From Escherichia phage Ec_Makalu_001, in the sequence record MN894885.1: 64,000 nt of DNA. The stretch is one strand, 5' to 3'. Made by a program: the position numbers and the translations under genes. Below the pieces are notes generated by a model. The model had not been told where the DNA came from and made no database searches. It saw only the letters and a program-made list of their open reading frames with translations. Below, one piece after another: positions 55,348 through 64,000 of the stretch. Numbering within the stretch: the first letter of the stretch is position 1; each line of letters starts with the position of its first letter.

Positions 55348-55593
55348 TTGGCGCATAGAATCCCCTGAATCACATTTTGACGCTGTATGATGAAAACAGG
55401 TAGCGTACCAGTCATCGGCTTGTTTGTCTTCGTCAGAAAACGCGTAATTTCGTTGTATGCCGTTTTCTACTTTGACCAGTGCAATAGCTGTTTCTGGAAG
55501 ATCGATCAATCGGACAAAATCACCATCTTCCCACTCTACACGAGCAATATCATAGCCCATCTCAAAGTATACAATCGCTTGTTCTAGTTTCAT
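55345..55593 (-). CDS. hypothetical protein (82 aa)
   Basis: ORF. Confidence 0.35.
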   Translation of the reverse strand: MKLEQAIVYFEMGYDIARVEWEDGDFVRLIDLPETAIALVKVENGIQRNYAFSDEDKQADDWYATCFHHTASKCDSGDSMRQ

Positions 55594-55922
55594 TTTGGAA
55601 ACTTCCCGTAAATGTTTTCTGCCAGCTTACGTGCATCGATGATAATGTCATTCATGCTATGCCCGTAGTGTTCAGCCATTGACATAATACAATCAACAAA
55701 GAAATTATATCGGCAACGATTCAAGATTTGCTCTTTGCTGTAAACTTCATACTTGACGGTCGCGTGTACTTTCTCGATTGCCTTAATCGCTGTATTGACT
55801 TCACTGATAATGGTTTTCGCATTGTATGCACCACGACGGATCAGGATTTGAGTCAATTCTCTTGCAATATCTTGCATTTCTTCATATTCATGTTCAAGCA
55901 TAATTAACCTCTCAAAATACAA
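55590..55922 (-). CDS. hypothetical protein (110 aa)
   Basis: ORF, ATGA-coupled to downstream gene. Confidence 0.4.
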   Translation of the reverse strand: MYFERLIMLEHEYEEMQDIARELTQILIRRGAYNAKTIISEVNTAIKAIEKVHATVKYEVYSKEQILNRCRYNFFVDCIMSMAEHYGHSMNDIIIDARKLAENIYGKFPK

Positions 55923-55925
55923 TAA

Positions 55926-56258
55926 TTACAGATGAAACCCTGTTACGATCACCGCGTCGATCATACCGCTAGGGATAAACGGTTCACCCTCTTTTATCTC
56001 AACTTTGAATTGATGCCATTTCGCTAATACTTCTTCCGGTACACCCAGCGATTCGGCATCTGCTTTAGTTTCATCCATAATCCAGCTAGGCTGCATGAGA
56101 GCATAGTTTACATAGTCCATTTCTGGGGTCATGTCATCAATGTTAATATATTTGCAGTTGACGCGTTTCAGAATTTCAAATTCTTTTTCATCAACCTGTA
56201 TCATGTATAATTCAGTAGTTTCTGGAATCAGTTCCCACACAATCAGTACATTTTTCAT
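55926..56258 (-). CDS. hypothetical protein (110 aa)
   Basis: ORF. Confidence 0.4.
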   Translation of the reverse strand: MKNVLIVWELIPETTELYMIQVDEKEFEILKRVNCKYINIDDMTPEMDYVNYALMQPSWIMDETKADAESLGVPEEVLAKWHQFKVEIKEGEPFIPSGMIDAVIVTGFHL

Positions 56259-56266
56259 AGTTCACC

Positions 56267-56635
56267 TCACTTAACAAAGATTTTCTTTAATGCTTTCAGG
56301 ATCGTTGCTTCCGGCGCTTCTTCCGGTGGAGGAAGCAATTCTACCACTTCCTCTTCCAACTCGATATAGTCTACCAGATATTCTACATAGAATGCAAGTG
56401 CTTCCATGAAATTAGATGCTACATCCGATTCACCACAAGCGCCTACATGCATTGTATAAACGTCACTGCGATCAAGTTTGTGGATGCTTCCCAGATAGTT
56501 CCGGTTATACCAGACTTCCCACACTTTCAGTTTTCCGGTTTTGGTTGCTGTCTTATAATCTGTTTCGTAGTGGTGCAGTTGACGTTGCAGATCATTGATA
56601 ATAACACATTTTTCGTAATTGTTTTGAATTTCCAT
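56267..56635 (-). CDS. hypothetical protein (122 aa)
   Basis: ORF. Confidence 0.4.
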   Translation of the reverse strand: MEIQNNYEKCVIINDLQRQLHHYETDYKTATKTGKLKVWEVWYNRNYLGSIHKLDRSDVYTMHVGACGESDVASNFMEALAFYVEYLVDYIELEEEVVELLPPPEEAPEATILKALKKIFVK

Positions 56636-56645
56636 GATGTAATCC

Positions 56646-56837
56646 TCACTTATCGTTAAGAAGTTCTAAAACTTTCTGTCGTACTTTGTCAATATTAGTT
56701 GACTCAAATACTGTACGGTATCCACAACTTTGACCGTATGATCGAGAGCAATCCCCGTATCCCCATTGTTCAACCTGATAGTATTCAAGGAATGGGTGTT
56801 GCCGAACTATGATACCATCGCGATTAAAAATTACCAT
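56646..56837 (-). CDS. hypothetical protein (63 aa)
   Basis: ORF. Confidence 0.3.
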   Translation of the reverse strand: MVIFNRDGIIVRQHPFLEYYQVEQWGYGDCSRSYGQSCGYRTVFESTNIDKVRQKVLELLNDK

Positions 56838-56860
56838 AATATAATCCTCACGTCAACAAA

Positions 56861-57139
56861 CTATTTTCGGTTATACTTCTGCCACTTTCGGTAATACTGC
56901 TTGTAATGTTGTTTAATGTTTGGCGGTTCGTCACTATACATGTTATCAACCATCATGTCAATAAGACCCTCCGGTGTTTGATAGCTCCCCGCTCGAATAA
57001 GTTCCTTAATTAAAAGATCTTGCGTCGCTTTATACTCTACAATAACAACTGTCTTTTCTGCCTTTCCAATTCCGATCCGGTCGTTAGCTCTCATAGCATC
57101 CCACCAGTCTTTTTTAAACTTCATGTTATTGAATTGCAT
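56861..57139 (-). CDS. hypothetical protein (92 aa)
   Basis: ORF. Confidence 0.4.
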   Translation of the reverse strand: MQFNNMKFKKDWWDAMRANDRIGIGKAEKTVVIVEYKATQDLLIKELIRAGSYQTPEGLIDMMVDNMYSDEPPNIKQHYKQYYRKWQKYNRK

Positions 57140-57150
57140 AATTTAACCTC

Positions 57151-57909
57151 TTACTTGCAAACGTATTGATCTACATCAATTGCGCCACCGAATGTAGGAT
57201 GACGTTTTTCAAATCGAATCGTTCCGTCGTTTGGTTCGAAAACGGAGTATTCATATAGATCTTTCTTGCCAACATTCTTATAAAACCCGCCTTTAGTCAT
57301 AACGGTTTCTTGTACGTTTGCTTTGTGTACATTGTATTCATCAATGTACACAAAATCAACCATCTTCCCATTTTTAATAGTTACTTTAAGATCCCCTGGC
57401 TGGTTTCCATATTTTGCATACAGTGGAGATTCTTTAATTTTGGTGGAAATTCCATCTTTCATACTCCACTCATAACGAACGGTGCATTGATAGGTAAAAG
57501 TTTCGACCTTCGGTTCTTCCACCACTTTTTCTTCCTGTTTCGGTTGTTCTTCTTCAATCTTCGCAGAAGTCTCTGAATCGCTTTCTGACGCGGTTTCTTC
57601 TTTAGGTAATACATTCATTAAGTTTTGGATTTGAGCGTTATATACAGCCTCCAGTGGCTGAATCTGCCCGATATTGATCATTGTATCACGAACAGTTTTA
57701 TTCCAGTTGCGTTGCTCTTGTTTCAGAGACGGATCAATCTTAACAGCCTTAACATATACTTCATGAAGTTTAGAATCAAGTGCGGAGATTGACTCGTTAG
57801 CACAAATAAACTTCTCTGATTTGGTAGTAGCCTTAGTGCAATCAAAGGACGCAGCATTAGCACCGATGGCAGTAGCAGAAAGAAAGATAGCAGCGATAAT
57901 GTTTTTCAT
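57151..57909 (-). CDS. secreted protein with N-terminal DUF1311 / LprI-like (lysozyme-inhibitor-like) domain
   Basis: 252 aa; signal peptide MKNIIAAIFLSATAIGANA; pattern C..A....E.FIC....L..LD..L..VY ... EQRNW; promoter-like motif upstream. Confidence 0.45.
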   Translation of the reverse strand: MKNIIAAIFLSATAIGANAASFDCTKATTKSEKFICANESISALDSKLHEVYVKAVKIDPSLKQEQRNWNKTVRDTMINIGQIQPLEAVYNAQIQNLMNVLPKEETASESDSETSAKIEEEQPKQEEKVVEEPKVETFTYQCTVRYEWSMKDGISTKIKESPLYAKYGNQPGDLKVTIKNGKMVDFVYIDEYNVHKANVQETVMTKGGFYKNVGKKDLYEYSVFEPNDGTIRFEKRHPTFGGAIDVDQYVCK

Positions 57910-57979
57910 AATATATTCCTCAATGTCTTGTCTTGATGGGAGTATCTTACTACTCCCTTAATCCGGTGTCAACTACTTT

Positions 57980-58135
57980 TTAAATTTCTTCTACAGTAAA
58001 GTCTTCAATGTTGTTGTGCTCGGAGAACGTTGCCAGACCAGCATTCCATGCATCATCCTCAGAGAAGAATACACCGTAACGTTCATATCCTTTAGCGCCT
58101 TCAAATTTAATCATTAATTTGTGAGTATGTTTCAT
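57980..58135 (-). CDS. hypothetical protein (51 aa)
   Basis: Manual ORF; GGAGAATCA RBS; promoter 58167-58195. Confidence 0.3.
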   Translation of the reverse strand: MKHTHKLMIKFEGAKGYERYGVFFSEDDAWNAGLATFSEHNNIEDFTVEEI

Positions 58136-58166
58136 TTTGATTCTCCATCGTTGTCTTGATGAGTTT

Positions 58167-58195
58167 AGTATAGGGGATCACCGATCCCCTGTCAA
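58167..58195 (-). promoter_or_regulatory. early sigma70-like promoter, palindromic spacer (TTGACA-GGGGATCGGTGATCCCC-TATACT)
   Basis: Minus-strand; upstream of 51-aa gene. Confidence 0.5.
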
Positions 58196-58204
58196 CAACT
58201 ATTT

Positions 58205-58417
58205 TTAATTTTTACCCACGCGTAAATTAATGCGCATTTTCTGCATAGCCATGATCTGGTTTACTGCTTCTTCTTTACGCTCTTTCGTGATAATGTGACC
58301 AGATTCCGCAAACGCTTCCGCAACTTCTTCTACGATCTCGCGAACTTGAGAACGTCCAAAGATGCGATTTCCTTCGTAGCTCATAAACTCTGTTACTACT
58401 TGCTCAATAGATTTCAT
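58205..58417 (-). CDS. hypothetical protein (70 aa)
   Basis: ORF with RBS and promoter-like motif. Confidence 0.4.
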   Translation of the reverse strand: MKSIEQVVTEFMSYEGNRIFGRSQVREIVEEVAEAFAESGHIITKERKEEAVNQIMAMQKMRINLRVGKN

Positions 58418-58482
58418 GTGATTCTCCTTTCGTTTGGTATGGGAGTATCTTACTACTCCCTTTTCTTTACGTCAACTGGTTT

Positions 58483-58724
58483 TTAGAAATTTTTCGCTTC
58501 TTCTTCGGTCATCATAACCGAGCATTCGTGCATAACTTTGAAAACCGGGTCAATCATGTCGAATGCTTCGCGGGACAGTTTACGAGAAGCGATTTTGATT
58601 GCTTCTACGTCTTCTACTACAGGAACAAAAACAGTTTTCAGTTCATCGAGCACAGCAGCTTCTTTTTCATTCAGGAAGATCCCAGCGTCGTACAGTGCAA
58701 CTTCGATAACATTAACTTTAACCA
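58483..58724 (-). CDS. hypothetical protein (80 aa from internal ATG)
   Basis: Start assigned at ATG 58722-58724 with GGAGG RBS. Confidence 0.4.
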
Positions 58725-58788
58725 TTTTTATTTCCTCCAGTTCGTTTCGGTATGGGAGTATAATACTACCGATGACCTTTGGCGTCAA

Positions 58789-58989
58789 CTAGTTTTTATT
58801 ATTTTCGTGAAAATTTTTCGTCGCCTCATGTGCTTTTCGCTGGGCTTCTTGTTGTGCTTGCTGGCGTGCTGCCTCTTGTGAAGCCATAACGGAAGCATTT
58901 GCAGCAGTTACAGCCGCTACCATCGCTGCGGTATTAGCATTTACAGTACATGCACTAGCCAGCAAAGCAATTGCAATCATTTTCTTCAT
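58789..58989 (-). CDS. small secreted protein (66 aa) with signal peptide
   Basis: MKKMIAIALLASACTVNA...; Q/A-rich mature part. Confidence 0.4.
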   Translation of the reverse strand: MKKMIAIALLASACTVNANTAAMVAAVTAANASVMASQEAARQQAQQEAQRKAHEATKNFHENNKN

Positions 58990-59171
58990 AGTTTCCCCTT
59001 TAGGTTATCTTCGACCTTCATCCATTCCGAGTATTCTTGCGCAGCTACTTTCGGATTTAGTCCGTCTTCGTACATTGCATCGAGTAATTCTTCGTCGGTG
59101 GGCTTATACCCTAGATAAGCCTCCACCTGATTTTTCCAAATTTTATACCAGTTCATATTATCACCAATCAA
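58986..59171 (-). CDS. hypothetical protein (61 aa)
   Basis: ORF, ATGA-coupled. Confidence 0.35.
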   Translation of the reverse strand: MIGDNMNWYKIWKNQVEAYLGYKPTDEELLDAMYEDGLNPKVAAQEYSEWMKVEDNLKGKL

Positions 59172-59433
59172 GAGCGCGTGTCTCTGCGTCTTCCCATGCT
59201 TGATCCATTACAGCCTTAAAAACATACTCTAAGGTATCATCTTTAGAGAATCCGAAGACTTTAGACGGAATATCTTCGATTGCCACTCCCGCAACTTCTG
59301 CATTACGCGCTTGGCAATAATGCAACTCTAAGTTATCGAGATAGCGACCGCCTAATTTCTCCATATCGTCCCAGCATTTCCAATAACCGACTTTATCGGC
59401 AATTGCTAACACTTTGCTGTTTTTGTTGCTCAT
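59161..59433 (-). CDS. hypothetical protein (90 aa from internal ATG)
   Basis: Start assigned at ATG 59431-59433 with GGAGAATCA RBS. Confidence 0.4.
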   Translation of the reverse strand: MSNKNSKVLAIADKVGYWKCWDDMEKLGGRYLDNLELHYCQARNAEVAGVAIEDIPSKVFGFSKDDTLEYVFKAVMDQAWEDAETRALDW

Positions 59434-59499
59434 CTTTGATTCTCCTTTTGTTTGGTGTGGGAGTATTTTACTACTCCCTTGTTCTGGTGTCAATAGACT

Positions 59500-59706
59500 T
59501 TATTTGATTATTTCAAATTTTGCTACCGGGTCGCCGTTTCTTTTGTTGGCAGTAAGTTGTTGCTTGTCAAAGTAAAACCAAATATAGTCACCATGAACTA
59601 CATCAAATGTATTTCCGCTATTGTCCGTGAATACATCAACATCATAATCACACCCGACACTAAAGCTATAATTGATGTGGTCGGTTTCAATGCAACGTAC
59701 TTTCAT
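59500..59706 (-). CDS. hypothetical protein (68 aa from internal ATG)
   Basis: Start assigned at ATG 59704-59706 with RBS. Confidence 0.35.
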   Translation of the reverse strand: MKVRCIETDHINYSFSVGCDYDVDVFTDNSGNTFDVVHGDYIWFYFDKQQLTANKRNGDPVAKFEIIK

Positions 59707-59817
59707 TTTTTGATTCTCCTGTTGTTTCAGTTTGGGTGTATTATGCAATGTTTGATTATGGGAGTCAACAACTTTTCAAATAAAAAAGCCGACCACAAGG
59801 ATCGGCTTAATAATCAA

Positions 59818-60213
59818 TTACTTACTAAATTTCTTTTTGGCTTCGTCTACTGCATGAGATGCTAGTACCGCTGCCGCATGTGCACTTTTATCTGTGTTAC
59901 AGAGAACACCCAGATAAACATCACGCCAAAGTTTAATCATCTCGTAGATCATATCAATATCATTTTCTTGTTTGTTGGCGATGCTATTCGTCGTTATCTG
60001 GTAAGGCAACGGCTTGATCTGTACTGGTTCCGCCATCGGGCTAATCGGTTTCGGATCGGTCATAATAGGTGCTGTTGTCGGTGATGTTTTCCATACGCCA
60101 TTATCCCACGGTTTAATCGTTGTATCGTACAGTTTATAAGGATTTTTGTCTGGATTAACCATCCATGCATGATGATTACCCAAACCATTTGCAGTGATGC
60201 GTCGTTCAGTCAT
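59818..60213 (-). CDS. hypothetical protein (131 aa)
   Basis: ORF downstream of 52 operon. Confidence 0.4.
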   Translation of the reverse strand: MTERRITANGLGNHHAWMVNPDKNPYKLYDTTIKPWDNGVWKTSPTTAPIMTDPKPISPMAEPVQIKPLPYQITTNSIANKQENDIDMIYEMIKLWRDVYLGVLCNTDKSAHAAAVLASHAVDEAKKKFSK

Positions 60214-60216
60214 AAT

Positions 60217-60420
60217 TTATTTCCTCTCTGATAATTCTTTCATCAAGCTGTCGATCTTTGCTCTGTGTTCTGGCGTGTTTGTCATCTCTGCTAATTTGCT
60301 CAGAGATTCACTGGTGATCCGGTTGGATTCTTCCAGTGTTTCAACGACCATTGGCACAATCTTTTTATTTTTGTACACAAATGCAATATAACCTCCTTCT
60401 GGATACTCTTTCATAATCAA
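60217..60420 (-). CDS. hypothetical protein (67 aa)
   Basis: ORF coupled to gene 52. Confidence 0.4.
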   Translation of the reverse strand: MIMKEYPEGGYIAFVYKNKKIVPMVVETLEESNRITSESLSKLAEMTNTPEHRAKIDSLMKELSERK

Positions 60421-61796
60421 CCCTTCTTAAGTTCTTTAAGATCTTTCTTATATTCCTTCATTGCGGTCGTCTTTGTCCAATACTCATATTCACTATGATG
60501 TTTATCGGCATCTTTGACCAGTCGATCATACTCTTCTTGGGTAACGCTGTACAATGGCATAGAAACTAGCTTATCGGCGTATGGACGCAGTTTTTCATGT
60601 CCATTGATGGATTGCATTACCTCGGACTTTTTCTTTCCCTGTAGCTCGATTTCGCCCTTAATTACGCGATCGATAAATTCTGCTTTAGCCATTGCATAAT
60701 TGTATGCTTCCAGTGTTTCGGCTTGCATCAATTCAATGCGTTTATCTACATAGCCTAATCGGATTTCGACGAATCGACGGATCAGATCGCTCGCTTTCTC
60801 GAATACTTCAACTAAACCACGTTCGTTAACTACTACGATATTTTGGGCTACTAACTGCGTTAGTTTAAAATCCTTCATGATTTGCTCATGTCGAGCGGAT
60901 TCATCTTCGCTTTTGAAATAATCGCGTTTCAGTGTTACTTCAAATCTGAATCCATCCTTAGAGCAACGGTCATTATACGATACAATCAGATCTTTTTCTT
61001 CCAGTGCATCCAGTACCGCTACATATTCTTCACGGTCGAACTTATAAGGAACTTCTGATATTGTCAGCTTAGTCTTGCCGTTTAGTTCATATGTACCCTC
61101 AAGAATCACACCATCGCGATCATCTCGCGGGATAACTTTACCCGTGAATTTCGGGAATTGAACAGTAGGTTCTTTATCCAGTTTTCCGGCAAGTGCTAGC
61201 TCTGTGCATTCGATGAGGCTTTCCAGTGAATGCGGTAAAATGTCAGTTTTATACCCGGTAGCAATACCACTAATACCATTAGCCAATACCATTGGTACAA
61301 CTGGCAAGTAGAATGCTGGCGGGATGTGTTCCAGATCTTCGTGCTTAGGTGCGCAATTCATATCTTTATAGATTTTAAAGAAGTTTTCATGCACACGAGC
61401 AAAGATATAACGTGCTGCCCCCGCTTTCTGGACTAAACGCGATCCAAAGTTACCTTGACCGTCAAGCAGGGGAGTATTATTGCTCCATGTATTCGCCATG
61501 AGTGATCCGGCTTCGACCGCGTTAGTTTCGCCGTGGTGATACCCCAACTCAGCAACACCAGATCCAATATCTGCCATCTTACGGAATTTCTTACGGTCGC
61601 CTTTACTCTTTTGTAAAGCACATTCCATAACAAAGCGTTGCACTGGTTTAAGCCCATCTACTAATTGAGGAATCCCGCGTTCCTCGGCAGAATAGATCGC
61701 ATATTCCTTAGCTTCATTGTGTACAATGCTTTCAAGGCTACGGTAAGTAATTGTGTTTATAATTTGACTAATTTTATCCATCTTCACCTCATACAC
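60417..61796 (-). CDS. 52: DNA topoisomerase II medium subunit gp52
   Basis: 459 aa; strong similarity to T4 gp52 (DGLKPVQRFV, LGYHHGE, LLDGQGNFGSR, ARYIFAR, HIPPAFYLP). Confidence 0.9.
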   Translation of the reverse strand: MYEVKMDKISQIINTITYRSLESIVHNEAKEYAIYSAEERGIPQLVDGLKPVQRFVMECALQKSKGDRKKFRKMADIGSGVAELGYHHGETNAVEAGSLMANTWSNNTPLLDGQGNFGSRLVQKAGAARYIFARVHENFFKIYKDMNCAPKHEDLEHIPPAFYLPVVPMVLANGISGIATGYKTDILPHSLESLIECTELALAGKLDKEPTVQFPKFTGKVIPRDDRDGVILEGTYELNGKTKLTISEVPYKFDREEYVAVLDALEEKDLIVSYNDRCSKDGFRFEVTLKRDYFKSEDESARHEQIMKDFKLTQLVAQNIVVVNERGLVEVFEKASDLIRRFVEIRLGYVDKRIELMQAETLEAYNYAMAKAEFIDRVIKGEIELQGKKKSEVMQSINGHEKLRPYADKLVSMPLYSVTQEEYDRLVKDADKHHSEYEYWTKTTAMKEYKKDLKELKKG

Positions 61797-62151
61797 GCTT
61801 ACAAATCACATTCTTGACTTTATCAGATTTATCAGCCCAATCCAATAGCCATTTTAACGGAAGGATGGAAACAATAAACGGGGCAGCAATCAAAGCAAAC
61901 ATGATACACCGGATAATCAGGAAAACGCAAGTAACAAAGCTAGCGATAGTGATCCCGACAAAACAAAATACCATAGAAAACAGAGTAATGATATAGAAAG
62001 GCCAGAATACCCACTCCCGCATCTTAACGCCTTTGTATTCCCTGAATTGCTTAAAGTCTACAAACAATTCGCGGATAGACGCATACAGAACAGAAAAATC
62101 ATCTTTCATTGCTCTGAATGAGCAATCTTCTATTTTAGAATGACCTAGCAT
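61789..62151 (-). CDS. membrane protein (two predicted TM helices)
   Basis: 120 aa; hydrophobic stretches WVFWPFYIITLFSMVFCFVGITIASFV and IMFALIAAPFIVSILPL. Confidence 0.45.
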   Translation of the reverse strand: MLGHSKIEDCSFRAMKDDFSVLYASIRELFVDFKQFREYKGVKMREWVFWPFYIITLFSMVFCFVGITIASFVTCVFLIIRCIMFALIAAPFIVSILPLKWLLDWADKSDKVKNVICKRV

Positions 62152-62153
62152 TA

Positions 62154-62447
62154 TTAACCGCCTTTCATCATTGATACTGGAATTGTTTTCTGGTTTGTGT
62201 ATAGGTGTCCTACTTCAAATTTTTCTTGAATCACCACAACGTTACAATATCCGCTGTCTTTAAGTTTTCTGATAATGTCTCGCTTTTGTTCGTCGGTGAT
62301 AGGATTGACGGTTCGAACAAGTTCACCGCAAATAATAGCACCATCTTTACAATTACCAGTAACTTTCATGCTACGACCGTGAACAACAACCACATCACCG
62401 TAAATCACATTTTCGTCGTCGTATTTGGTAATAATCGTGACCGTCAT
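62154..62447 (-). CDS. hypothetical protein (97 aa)
   Basis: ORF. Confidence 0.4.
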   Translation of the reverse strand: MTVTIITKYDDENVIYGDVVVVHGRSMKVTGNCKDGAIICGELVRTVNPITDEQKRDIIRKLKDSGYCNVVVIQEKFEVGHLYTNQKTIPVSMMKGG

Positions 62448-62492
62448 AATATATTCCCTCTAAGAAAGGCCGCGCAAAGCGGCCTACGTTGA

Positions 62493-62816
62493 TTATTGTT
62501 CTACAGTATAACCGTTGTTTTCAAGCCATGCAATAACAATCTTTTCGCCAATTTCATCGAGCATTTCATCAGCGCCATATTCTTTAATGAAAGTCGATGG
62601 ATCATTATTGCTTACTACATGCTGAATAACAACATGTTCAGGGATTGCGTCTAACAGTTCATCATGGTCATACTCGTTAGCAATATCTTCAACGGTAACA
62701 TTATTAGCCAGATCCACATCGTCTAAAGTCACCGTAACGCGATGAGATGGATATAATACCTGTTCTACTTCAACATGTGCACTTTCGCAAGTAACCTTCA
62801 TATCAATCATAATCAA
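62493..62816 (-). CDS. hypothetical acidic protein (107 aa)
   Basis: ORF. Confidence 0.4.
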   Translation of the reverse strand: MIMIDMKVTCESAHVEVEQVLYPSHRVTVTLDDVDLANNVTVEDIANEYDHDELLDAIPEHVVIQHVVSNNDPSTFIKEYGADEMLDEIGEKIVIAWLENNGYTVEQ

Positions 62817-62824
62817 TTCCTCTG

Positions 62825-63826
62825 TTAGTAATGGCTAAAACCTTCGGTTACATCTTCAACCACATAGTAACGATGACAGCGCATTTTGGCATTCGCATAA
62901 TCTTTCGGGATACTTACAACGTGACGCGGGTCAACTTTACATTTAATGATTCGGCCTCGTCCACCGCCATAGTGTGGAATATAGTGTTTCGCTGCAACGT
63001 GGAGGCCATTAGAGCAAGTGCGATCATCATCTGGGTCCACGTCTTTACGCTTCATTTTAACCGTGCGCCCTGGGCTATTATCAAACGTATGCGTAAAGAA
63101 ATCTTTATAATCAACATCAACACGTTTCCATGCATAGAAACAACCATCTTCCCCGATCTCAATGTCGTTGTGCTCTAAGAAGTCAAACAGACGATCTACC
63201 GCCTTAAGGCTAGGATTCTTCTTGCACTTCTCAAAGAAGTTCAGATAGTGCGTATATGGCTTATTCTCTTTAATCGACTCAACAACTCGACGAGTCAGAT
63301 TATTATCAAGAACAATATTATGATAATACACAATACCATTTTCGATACGGAAAGCGCCGTGATAATATACTTCAACCGCTTTCTTAATGTCAATCAGCGT
63401 AATAGCTTTGATGAAATCATTTTGTTTAATCGCTTCCAGTGCTTCATTAAAGTTAACATGTGATGGGTCAGCAGTATAAACAATGTCACCACATGTAATA
63501 GTAATGAATTTAGATGAGGCTATTGCTACGATTTTTGAGGAAGTGGTCACGGGCTTTTTTGCGCGTTCACCGCCTTTTCCTTTACTGGTTTTACGGCGTG
63601 CTTTACGGTTTTCCAGTGCCTTGCGACCTTCCGCTACTGCGTCTTTCTGAATCAGTAATACACGGGAGGCAGTGCGACGAGATACACCAAATGCTGCCGC
63701 AAGTGCTTCGCGGGTAGTAAACTTACCTTCGCCCCACTGTTTAGCCAGTTTGATTTGTTTCGCAGAGTCTAGGCATTGAACGTTACGGTCAGAGACGGTG
63801 ATTTTTGCTTTAGTCATAGTATTCAT
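62825..63826 (-). CDS. putative DNA-binding protein with N-terminal helix-turn-helix
   Basis: 333 aa; HTH-like segment TTREALAAAFGVSRRTASRVL; Cys/His-containing C-terminus. Confidence 0.4.
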   Translation of the reverse strand: MNTMTKAKITVSDRNVQCLDSAKQIKLAKQWGEGKFTTREALAAAFGVSRRTASRVLLIQKDAVAEGRKALENRKARRKTSKGKGGERAKKPVTTSSKIVAIASSKFITITCGDIVYTADPSHVNFNEALEAIKQNDFIKAITLIDIKKAVEVYYHGAFRIENGIVYYHNIVLDNNLTRRVVESIKENKPYTHYLNFFEKCKKNPSLKAVDRLFDFLEHNDIEIGEDGCFYAWKRVDVDYKDFFTHTFDNSPGRTVKMKRKDVDPDDDRTCSNGLHVAAKHYIPHYGGGRGRIIKCKVDPRHVVSIPKDYANAKMRCHRYYVVEDVTEGFSHY

Positions 63827-63879
63827 TCCTCTATTAGTGGGCGACTATCGCCGCCCGATTCACAACATTATACCCGAAT

Positions 63880-64000
63880 TATTTTGCTTCGACAACCTTG
63901 CGGATCGTGCGGTCTGATACATTATAGATTCGTGCCAGTTCGCCTTTAGTCAAGCCGCGAGCGTATTGTTTACGGATGGTTTCTTTCTGGATAGCGGTCA
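63880..64000 (-). CDS. HTH-domain protein (partial, C-terminal 39 codons; 5' end beyond window)
   Basis: Manual translation ...LTKGELARIYNVSDRTIRKVVEAK*; HTH-like. Confidence 0.3.

Noticed and set aside
1-64000. tRNA or other structured RNA genes
   Set aside because: No cloverleaf-like candidates noticed by eye and the intergenic space is almost fully taken by promoters and terminators; a tRNAscan run would be needed to exclude them formally.

Overview
This window reads as a T4-like (Tevenvirinae-type) myovirus genome segment. Conserved T4 core genes are recognisable by direct protein similarity and keep the T4 gene order: hoc (partial), inh-like, uvsW, uvsW.1, uvsY, baseplate genes 25-26-51-27-28-29-48-54, alt, DNA ligase 30, 31, cd, pseT, rnlA, denA, nrdB, nrdA, td, frd, 32, 59, rnh, tail-fibre genes 34-35-36-37, holin t and topoisomerase gene 52. 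Between these blocks lie minus-strand 'hyperplastic' regions packed with small ORFan genes, many of them 49-59 aa and so absent from the supplied ORF track, which has a 60-aa floor. Each of these is preceded by a near-consensus sigma70-type early promoter whose 16-18 bp spacer is often an inverted repeat, followed by a conserved leader and a GGAG ribosome-binding site. From memory this matches the PeSL (promoter-early stem-loop) cassettes described for RB49/phi1-type phages, so the phage is probably RB49-like; that is a recollection, not a database result. The strongest candidates for something new are: (1) a five-gene translationally coupled early cassette encoding a DUF262/ParB-like protein, a zinc-ribbon protein and a putative C5-cytosine methyltransferase-like protein; (2) a six-member tandem array of small paralogues with an H-x-H-W / A-[IV]-D-V signature; (3) a CYTH-like protein inserted between dsbA and rnh; (4) a protein with four zinc-ribbon repeats and a C-terminal GIY-YIG-like domain; (5) a thymidylate synthase with a ~120-aa in-frame insertion; (6) ADP-ribosylation functions (Alt, a second short ART, a NADAR-like protein); (7) a secreted DUF1311/LprI-like protein. 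No rRNA, tRNA, CRISPR array or transposase was seen. All assignments rest on reading the sequence and ORF translations by eye; no searches were run.
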